64,000 bases of DNA from Octopus vulgaris. Its lineage: Eukaryota. The notes beneath the pieces were generated by a model. It was not told the DNA's origin, did no database searches, and saw nothing but the letters and a program-made list of their open reading frames with translations. The stretch lies in assembly GCA_951406725.2 (NCBI GenBank), contig OX597819.1, forward strand, positions 47,740,001 through 47,804,000. Direction: 5' to 3'. A program made the position numbers and the translations under genes. Positions within the stretch are counted from its first letter, which is position 1. Each line of letters starts with the position of its first letter. Positions 1-64,000 of this stretch are shown piece after piece.

Positions 1-59
1 ATAGGTGTAAGAGAATATATTCTCATCAATTTGGCTAGTGTTAAAACACCTATAAGTCA

Positions 60-1243
60 TAGGCAAACAAGATAACATAGATAAGTGAGATAACATGAAC
101 TAGTACTTGATTTACTTGGTGAAGAAATTTTCATCCCGTTGGGCCAAAAGTTCATCAGAATCAGACATGACATCATCATTACTATGATATTGGTTTCCAG
201 TCAAGTGTTTTTTCAAGTTGGGAAACAGATGATAGTCACATGGGGCCAAATAAGGAAAATAGGGAGGAGTGATCAATCAGTTCAATGCCACAGTCACACA
301 TAGCAGCTGTTGAAAGCAAGGACTTGTGTGCTGGAATATTGTCCTGATGAAACAAGATCCCTTTTGTCAGTTTTCCTGGGTGTTTGATTTTCATAGCCTT
401 TCATAGCTGCCTCAGCAAGTTGGCATAGCACTCTCCATTGATGGTGTGGTCCTTTTGAAGATAGTTAAGGAACACAATGCTTTTTGCATCCCCAAAAACT
501 AAGGTCCTCACCTTCTCTGCAGATGAAACAACCTTGGCCTTCTTTGGAGCAGATGAGGAAGAGTGTTTCCCCTGCATGGATTATCTCTTTGTCACTGGCT
601 CAAAGTGATGAACCCAATACTTATCCTGGCTTAGGCAATGTTCAAGGAAGCCAGCTGGATCTCCTTCAAACAATGTCAGATTTTCCTTTGATATGATCAG
701 CCTGGTGTGCTTTTTTCACCAAGTGTCAGAAGATTGGAACCCACTAAAAGCCTTCGTCATGCCAAGTTCATTGTGCAGATTATTCTCAACTCTCTCACAG
801 GATAAGCTAATAGCATTGGCTGTTGGATTCATAGTCAATAGCCTGCCATCCATCATTATGTGGTGAACACAATCAGTGTCTTCCTTGGTGGTGGCAGTTG
901 CAGGACATCTAGACCTTGGGTCATTTTCAAGACTCTCCCTTCCCCTCCTAAACTAAGTATCATTCCTTAATGTGGCAACTTTGTCAGTATGAATGACCTT
1001 GGGAGCTAAACCCTTTTTCCTGCAGGTACTTGATAACACTACTATGCCAAATTTTGTCCATTTTCAAGAGAAGTTGCTACTAGCTACTTTTGAAGTCTTC
1101 TTTGAATAGTCAGATATCAGTTTACCTGGAAGGAAATAATGCAGTTATTAATAAGAAGAACTGAAATTAATGCATGCAAGATTACACAGCTCTAACATCA
1201 CTCCTTCATAGTCAGCCTATGAACTTTACAGCCCACCTTTGTA
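60..1243 (-). mobile_element. Decayed mariner transposon
   Basis: The minus strand near 200-270 reads PPYFPYLAPCDYHLFPNLKKHL, a YSPDLAPxDY-type motif. TIR-like end TACAAAGGTGGGCTGTAAAGTTCATAGGCTGAC at about 1211-1243. Many stops. Left boundary approximate. Confidence 0.75.
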
Positions 1244-1348
1244 TGTAAAAATGAAGTGAAGTAAAGTATCAAGCCAGCAAGGGGACTACTATAAAGCCTT
1301 TGACCTTCTTGAAATAGCAGCCAAATGTCCTCGCCTTCCCTAGCATCT

Positions 1349-1527
1349 TTTACCCATTAGCATTTATATTACTCTATCAAATTTAATGCTTATTTATTCA
1401 TATTGCTTTAAATTAATCATACATTGTCTTGAAGTTTTGAATTTTTGATGATATGGTTATTTATTTCTAAAATGACATTGTAGAGTAGGTGAGAGAGACT
1501 ATGGCCAATTTAAATGCTAAAGGTTAA
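1349..1527. mobile_element. Short piggyBac-type MITE, degenerate (related pieces near 37340-37430 and 47340-47565)
   Basis: Imperfect inverted ends TTTACCCATTAGCATTTA and TAAATGCTAAAGGTTAA. Confidence 0.5.
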
Positions 1528-1848
1528 AAAAGAAAGCAACCATTTATTCTTACATATACAGATCGTATTCTTACATATACAGATTGTTACAGCATGACCA
1601 CCTTTCATCATGGGTCTCTCTCTCTTTCAGAATACGATAAAATCTTCTGTATATAATCAGAGCTGTCTCTATATATTATCTGAGCTGCTTTATTAAGACT
1701 GACTTGGTGCTAAGCTGCAACTACATGTAAAGTGTCTGGTTCAATTCTCTCCTAACTGCACCACCTCATCAGCTCTAATTTAGGATATCACCATTAACAC
1801 AGATAATAAGAGCAACAATTACAAACTAAAATAAGAAAATTGCTTCAC

Positions 1849-56084
<54,236 letters not shown>

Positions 56085-56373
56085 CTTGGTCCTTCTCCAA
56101 GTGGAGAATCTTTCGAAAAAGAAGTTTCGCTTCTGTTTAACTTCGAGTTGGATGGTAACTCGATTCTTTGAGAGTAGCAGCAGGAGCGACAATAACGAAG
56201 TCGGTGAAGGCAGTGGCGTTGAAATCTGCGGCGGGGACGAAGAATGTGATGCCTTGGGACTGTCGCGACTATTAAACGGGCATCTAAGAGGCCGAAAATT
56301 ATATTTCACCAACAAAAAGAAAAACGTTTAATGTATTTCTTTAAAAGCAATTGATATGATTTACGCGCGTGTG

Positions 56374-56404
<31 letters not shown>

Positions 56405-57793
56405 CTAAGGATGTCTGCATATATATGTGTGTGTGTTTATCTTCTATCTTTTGCTTATTTCAATCGTTGGACTGTGGTCATACTGGGGCACCTGGAGTGC
56501 CTTTTCTTGTTATTTTATACACACATATATATATTTTTTTTTTTTACAGTAACTTCGAGTTACGCCAAGTGTATGGCTTATTTAAACTCTAAAATCTAAC
56601 AACTAACATTGAACTTAAATAACATTTAATTCAAGGGAGGGGTATGAAGCAACTGGTTTATATGGGAGGGGTTATGATTAAGGAAGCTAATACGTAATAA
56701 TTATGACACGGTGGTCATGTTAGGAAGAAGTTTCAGTTATGAGGCGGAATTTAAGGAGGATGTTCGAAGGAGAAATTATCTGAAATGACATGACAGAAAT
56801 AATAAATTATGAAGATTGGGAGGCAATAGGCTCAGTTAAATGACCAGTTTTTGGTGACAAATGAAGGTGACATGTCTTCACAATCCCACCCACTCATTCA
56901 ACAACATCCACAAGTACTCAGATATATTATGTGTAAATACACGCATACACATGTATAAATATGTTCAGTTACTTACGGGCACAAACATATATATGTTTAT
57001 ACGTATGCATGTATGTGTAAACGCATGTATACGCATGCACATGTTTATATACACAAACACAAAAGCATATTAGTAGACATACCCACGTATATATCGATAT
57101 ATACGCAACAAGTCCGACAAAAATAACCTGGACCAGAGGTCCTGGGGTTACTGGCGCTCCTCCCCTTTTTATCTGCAACATCCTAAACGCATGACGTGCC
57201 CCCAACGCCGCCATCCTAACACATTACATGATGCTCAAAGTGACTACCAGAGTATCTGATACTTTCAACTGGCTCTAATAATCCCTCCCTTCCAATTAAT
57301 TCTCTTTTGTATATTTGATGTTAACACCCTTTACAGTAATGTATTCAAGCCCACCCTGCGGCACATTTGAATAGTTGAACTCTGACTTGATAAATCCTGA
57401 TTTCGTTTCAGACAAATCCTAGAAACATTAATCTTAAGTTCTGCAACTTTTACACGAATTAGTGCCCTAAAACATTCTTACATCCTACCATAAAATATCA
57501 TTGTTTCTATGGTCTAACGTTAAAAACGTGACTATACCAGTGTAAATTTAATTGCCCTATGGTCTTGCGCACGCGCACGCATATACACACACGCACATAT
57601 ATTCTTTTCTTTTATTTGTTACAGTCATTTGACTGCGGCCATGCTGAAGCACTGCCTTTAGTCGAAGAAATCTACCCCAGGACTTATTCTATCGATCATT
57701 TTTGCTGAACCGCTAAGTTACGGGGACGTAAACACACCAACATCAGTTGTCAAACGATGGAGGAGGGGACAAACACAGACACACAAACATGTA

Positions 57794-57845
<52 letters not shown>

Positions 57846-58182
57846 CGACGGGTTTCTTTCAGTTTCTATCTTCCAAATCCACTCACAAGGCTTTGGCCGA
57901 CCCGAGGCTATTGTAGAAGACACTTGCCCAAGGTGCCACGCAGTGGGACTGATCCCAGAACCATGTGGTTGGGAAGCAAGCTTCTTATCACACAGCCACT
58001 CCTGCACCTATATGTATGCATCTATGTCTATAAGTGCACGCACATATATATAAATATATATATATAGATTCAGTTGAATATGGTACTAGAGTTAAAGGCA
58101 CCAGAATTTAGTATGGTATTATCCATATAATTCAAAATGGGATGATTACAATCAAAATAAGCAACAAGGATATTCAGAGGTA

Positions 58183-58272
58183 ATGCTGTACGATCGTTTC
58201 ATGCGACTCCTTTTAATTGAACAATGCAAATATTACATCAGTTTTAAAATGTAGAGCAATCTTCAGCTGCAT
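58183..58272 (-). ncRNA. Type I hammerhead-like motif in a Penelope-like relic (58065-58385)
   Basis: AUGCAG-CUGAAGA-UUGCUCU...GGAGUCGCAU-GAAAC-GAUC-GUA-CAGCAU. Intact core, palindromic ACGAUCGU stem III, GUA site, stem I 5 of 6 paired. Confidence 0.65.
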
Positions 58273-58491
58273 AAAAATATAGAATTTAGTTAAATTCAAA
58301 GGATTCATTTGTATAGTTATTCTATTAACCAAAATCACAAAGAGGATAAGTAGATAGACAAAGGACATGTTTCATCAACAACAAATCTAGGATTTGTCTG
58401 AAACGAAATCAGGATTTATCAAGTCAGAGCCCAACTATTCAAATGTGCCACAGGGTGGGCTTGATACATTACTGTAAAGGGTGTTAACATC

Positions 58492-58530
<39 letters not shown>

Positions 58531-59292
58531 GTGGTGCTACAGCATGGCCGCAGTCAAATAATTGAAACAAATAAAAGAATAAAAGAATATGTATATATGT
58601 ATGTATGCTTAATTAAGGTTATTATTTTAAAGTAAGCTCAAAAATAACAAGGAAACATTTAACTAATGGGGAGAATAGGTGCTGCCTGACTGGCTCCTCG
58701 TGCTGGTGACACGTAAAAAAGCACCATGTAAACGTGATTGATGCCAGCCCTGCCACCCCGACTGGCTTTTGTGCCAGTAGCATGTAAAAAGCACCATCTG
58801 AACGTGGCCAATGCCAGTGTCGTCTGACTGACTCCCATGCCAGTGGCATGTAAAAAGCACCCACTGCACTCTCGGAGTGGTTGGCATTAGGAAGGGCGTC
58901 CTGCTATAGAAACATTGCCAGATCAGATTGGAGCCTAGTTTGGCCTTCTGGCTTGCCAGTCCCCAGTCAAACTGTCCAACCCATGCCAGCATGGAAAACG
59001 GATGTTAATGATGATGATGATGATGATATATATATGACATCCTTTGAGAAAGAGGAAAACCTCCTCGTCAAAACAAAACTCCGGAAGAAAACCAAAACTT
59101 TCAGATAGGGACCATTAGATTCTTAAGCGAATTGTTAGAAAGAATCACAAAAGTACAGCTCCCAAAATTATTGCAGAGCTTAATGACCACCTCAAGAACC
59201 CAGTTTCCGCAAAAACTGTTCACCGGGAGCTGCACAAAGCAGTCTTCTGTCTGGACAGCTCTTGTCAAACCATCTAACCTATCCCAGAATGG

Positions 59293-59769
59293 AAGGCGGT
59301 GAGCTGGCAGAAACGTTAGCATGCCGGGTGAAATGCATAGTGGTATTTCGTCTGTGGCGAGCTAGCAGAATCGTTAGCACGTCAGGCGAAATGCTTAGCG
59401 GTATTTCGTCTGCCGTTACGTTGTGAGTTCAAATTCCGCCGAGGTCGACTTTGCCTTTCATCCTTTCGGGGTCGATAAATTAAGTACCAGTTAAGCACTG
59501 GGGTCGATATAATCGACTTAATACCTATGTCTGTCCATGTTTGTCCCCTCTATGTTCAGCCCCTTGTGGGTAATAAAGAAATAGGTATTTCGTCTGCTGT
59601 CACATTCTGAGTTCAAATTCCATTGAGGTCGACTTTGCCTTTCATCCTTTCAGGGTCAATAAATTAAGTACTAGTTACACACTGGGGTCGATGTAATCAA
59701 CTTAATCCCTTTGTCTGTCCTTGTTTGTCCCCTCTATGTTTAGCCCCTTGTGAGCAATAAAGAAATAAG
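59293..59769 (+). mobile_element. Family B SINE nested inside another family B SINE
   Basis: 13-bp direct repeat GGTATTTCGTCTG at 59342-59354 and 59584-59596 flanks a full inner copy. Confidence 0.85.
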
Positions 59770-61919
59770 AATGGAAGATGGATGTTAAACAATGATGATG
59801 ATGATATATATATTTTGTGAAGGTGCATGGCTCAGTGGTTAAAGCATTGGACTTGCAATCAGGAAGTAGTGAGTTCAATTCCCAGATTAGGTTGTATGTT
59901 GTGTTCTTGAGCAACACACTTTATTTTACATTGCTCCAGTTGACTCAGATGTAGAAATGAGTCACGATGTCACTGGTGCCAAGCTTGCATTGGCCTTTGC
60001 TTTTCCCTTGGATAACATTGGTGGTGTGGAGAGGGGCAGATAGTATGCATGGGCAACTGCTGGTCTTCCATAAAAACGACGTTGCCCAGACTTGTGCCTA
60101 GGAGGAGAACTTTCTAGGTGCAGTCCTATTGTTATTCATGACTGAAGGGGGTCTTCATCCTTTTTTATCTATTTATGAGATCGTTTTCCTCTACTTGGCT
60201 GAGATTCAAAACTGAATTCACACAGTTGTTGCTTGTCAGAAGAATGTTTGATCCTTTGTGTTTATCTCTATGCAAGAAGATTAATGAGAAATACCCGACC
60301 TCTGAGACTTTCAGTGGTTGTGAAAAGATCAATCTCTCTCTCTCCCTGTCTCACTATCTTCAGTTTTCAGCCAGCTAACCAAGAGCACCATGACCAAATG
60401 GAAAGAGACAACACAATTCTTGCCCTTTCTTCCTCTCTGTCAGCAGCCCATTAACTTGGCTTCCATACACAGCTTCCAGCACACACTAAGAGAATACAAA
60501 CAGCACACATTGTTATCATTGCCACTTACTACTACTGCTATGTTTGTGCCATTGCTGGCAAATAAAATCTGTGAATATTATTCTTTCCTCTCTGATGTTG
60601 TTATATTGTCTCATCCTACTTTTGACCATCTACACATAGTGACCCCAACACGGAACATAAATTGCTATTTCTACATCAAGTAACTGCTTAACCATACACT
60701 ACATACGTATATATGATGGACTCTCCCATCGAAGATGGTATATGAGCATTCAGCTTTTGCTGAACGACCTGCACAAATGATTTGTTTATAGTGATCAACG
60801 GTTCGTACCACACATTAGCTCACTCTCCTCCATCAAATCGACATTGTCTGAACAGGTGCACTGTGTACCACACATCAGGTGTAGAAGTGATTGCAGAGCA
60901 AGATGAGATGAAGTGTTTTGCTCAAGAACACAATGCACCACCCAGTCTAGGAATTGAAATCACAATCTCACAATCGTGAGTGCAACACCCTAATCGCAAG
61001 GGTTAGGGTGTTGCACTAGGCCATGCACCTTCCCATACGTTATTAATAACACCTAGAAGAAAGTACTTCTTTTCTACTCACCAAAGTGTATGTACCTTTG
61101 GCTAGGAGGAATTGATGTTATCAAACAGTATCCAACAATCATCAGGTGTTTCAACCCTGAACCATAACACCCTCATAATCTTTTCCTGGCTTTCAGTTTA
61201 ACAGATATTTACATGAACAAAAATAGAACATTCATTACAGCAGCAGAATGAAATATATAGAATATCATATAGTCCATTAATGATACTATATTAAAACTTC
61301 ATACTTAACTGATGCTAAACAATAATCAAATAACAAAATCTCAACCAATTACTAAAATATCCTCAAAATATATGTGGAGTTTCCAGTATCATATCCTGTG
61401 TTTACAAATTTGTAAGTGCTATATTTCATATTAATATTGTTAGAGGTTTGTTATTTCTACATAATTGTTTGAAATATAAGTGAAACACTGAATAGAATAT
61501 ATAAGGTAAAGAATGTAGAGAATAGGTAAAATATTACTGAGTAATGAGTAACTATGTGAAAATAAATATGGAAATTTAGAGAAATGAAAATGTATTGTTA
61601 TCTAGAGTAAGAATGAGAGTATCTGTTGTTGGTTAAGGCTGAATAGAGAGATTGTGCATATTTCTGATAAATAGTTAAGCGTAGAACAATTCAGTTAAGT
61701 GGAAATGAACTTGGAAACAGAAGTCTTACAATAAATTACTGTGTGATCATGAATGTCTCTTAATTGATTAAAAGTGAAACAAGGAATAGGGAGAATGATT
61801 GTTCCTGGTAAAAATAAAATTAATGATCCATTAAGTCAGGTAATGGCATGATTTTCCATTGTTTCAGCAGGTACTTGTCAAAGTGGTAACATTAAGTAAA
61901 TATCTCTAATCTGAACATT

Positions 61920-63060
61920 TAGATAGTTTATAGATTTATTAAGTTTTTGAGTATTGAACTCTACTCAACAAAGTCCCTCTTCTTCATTCCTTAACTCTCA
62001 TTTACTAGCTTTACCATTCTCCAAATTCTTCCAACCTCCAGCACTTATCCAGCTACTTTTTGTTTTACACTGACGTTATCTAGCTCACCTCACTTCTACT
62101 TAAAGCTATAATGCTCAGTAATCTACATATGCTCAACTTTTTGGGGATCTTCAATTCAACCCAGAATAACATTCCTGCTACAAATTATTTGACATTTGCC
62201 ACTTTGGACAGCCTGTACACATTGTCTTCTCACTTACATGTATAAACTCTCCAAATATTCTTAAACTCTTTCTCACCTCCAGTCCCAGTTTTTATCCTTC
62301 TATCACAGTCTCTTTCTAAATCAGATCATCTAATCATTGCCTCACCAAAGCAATCCACCTCGCATAATCCTAGTGCAAAACAACTCCTTATATTAAACCC
62401 TCTCACACTTCAGGTCAACAAATTAATCAAAACTTTACCAATTCTATGCTGATTTCTCATGATGAAAAATTTGCTACACTCTTAAACCATAAAAGACTTC
62501 TAAGTGGGTAACTGAAATGATCCTCCTGGAGATGTTCTACATTCCTCATACAATTAAGGCTACAATCATAAACTTCCAGTAATCTTTCGTGGAAATTACA
62601 CATCAGTGGCTCCATTCTCAGAGCAAGCAAGGAGAAAGACAGCCACTGTTCTTCTGCAGTTATTGTCATAGCATACATCCAGACAGAATAACCTTAAATA
62701 GTATCAACAATAGGTAACAACTGTTCTCTGACCAAATCCACCTTACTTGTCTCTGTTTAATTATCAAACTTTCTCTCACCAGTATGTTACATAGCGATCT
62801 GCAGATGTTCTCTCTTCATTTCTTCTATGGTTATTGCAATGGTTTTGCTCTCCTGAACTAGCAAGCTGTATACCAACCACGTAAAATCCCTTTCAATGCT
62901 CCTGTTTCATATTCTCCCATAATTACCATCTCAACACTTAGCTGATTCTTCATCCCTGTAGTTGTAATTTTCTGGAACTCTCTTTTCTGTTTACATTTTC
63001 CTTGTATGCACCAGTCAGCATTGCTTCAAACTAAACATCATTCACATTAACACCTTCAAC
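61920..63060 (+). mobile_element. Highly decayed LINE remnants (CR1/L2-like)
   Basis: Near 62940-63050 the + strand gives SF IP...FWNSL...FP...FK-like fragments typical of LINE ORF2 C-termini. Heavily frameshifted. Confidence 0.35.
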
Positions 63061-64000
63061 CTGGAAAGGTTAACAAAGGCTATGAGCACAACTCCTCTCC
63101 ATTGCATAACATAAACTAAACAAAACTATCAAAAGACACCAATATTTTCTGAGGTTATCAAGCAACCCAATTTCTATTCTTGGGTCATATCCACCATTAA
63201 TATTCTTGGAAAAAAATCATGAATCTCATAGCATTTGATGTCTCCTGCCCCTAAAATTATCAGAACTAAAACTTTGTTAAAAAAAAGCATTACATATTTC
63301 AGATGAAAACAATAGAATTCCTAGTTCAGGGGAAACAAATGAGTGAAAACATATACTTCTGTTTATTTAGTTTACAATTTCATTCCATATGTTTGAAACC
63401 ATTCCCTTACACAGATGCTACTAAAGTTCTAGAATTCAAATGTTTCTGATTTTTTTTCCTGGATATTACTGTGAATATAAACGTTGGCTTACTTGGTTAA
63501 GATATAATAAACATATAGACTTTTCTTTATCATACTGCACTTGAGTAAATATACAAAATGTCGAGCTTACAATAAAAGGATGGTGGCAGGAGCTATGAAT
63601 AAGGTTTAAACGTACCGAGATGAATTTCGGTGGAATTTAATTCCCCCCCAGTTACTAAACTTTGGGGAATAGATGACTTACAAATAGTAAATATATTGAG
63701 TTAACAAAACATGAGGTCATTTTACAAGTTATCTCTTGAAATCTACATTTGCTCACTTGAAACTCTTATTCGCTTTTCTCACGAATCTATTGTGAAGAAA
63801 TTTATATGATGTAATGGAAGGATGGTAAAGGAGTAGATCTAGTCCTGTACTAAATGACTTATATGATTTTATCTCTCTTAGTACTTTATTCAGACCTCCT
63901 CTATCTTCAGTCCCATCCTCACTCAACAATTTAATAAAAGTGTACTCAAAATACAGAAATCGTTTCAGATATTAACATGATATTTAGTTCATTGTAGTAG

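Overview
Repeat-dense, AT-rich eukaryotic genomic DNA. The SINE, LINE and microsatellite content suggests an octopus-like cephalopod (inference). The one host gene is the 5' half of an alpha-2-macroglobulin-like thioester-protein gene on the minus strand. It has 12 GT-AG coding exons (56084 to 1849) that join in phase into 488 codons (signal peptide plus MG1 to about MG5), and it continues past the left edge. Introns hold tRNA-derived SINEs, LINE fragments (RTE, CR1, R4/Dong-like, HERO-like), mariner, maT and piggyBac derivatives, and Penelope-like inverted-repeat relics. The most interesting signals are RNA-structural. (1) A complete hammerhead-ribozyme core lies in the 3' UTR of a HERO-like LINE (27180-27231) with its three strands in an order that is not type I, II or III; a second, degenerate copy with different stems is at 61114-61174. 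(2) A tRNA-headed SINE carries a minimal Penelope-type hammerhead in its tail (35267-35564). (3) Several further minimal hammerheads sit in or beside inverted repeats. (4) One SINE family is inserted into its own head at a recurrent site. All structures were read by eye; none has been folded computationally or tested.
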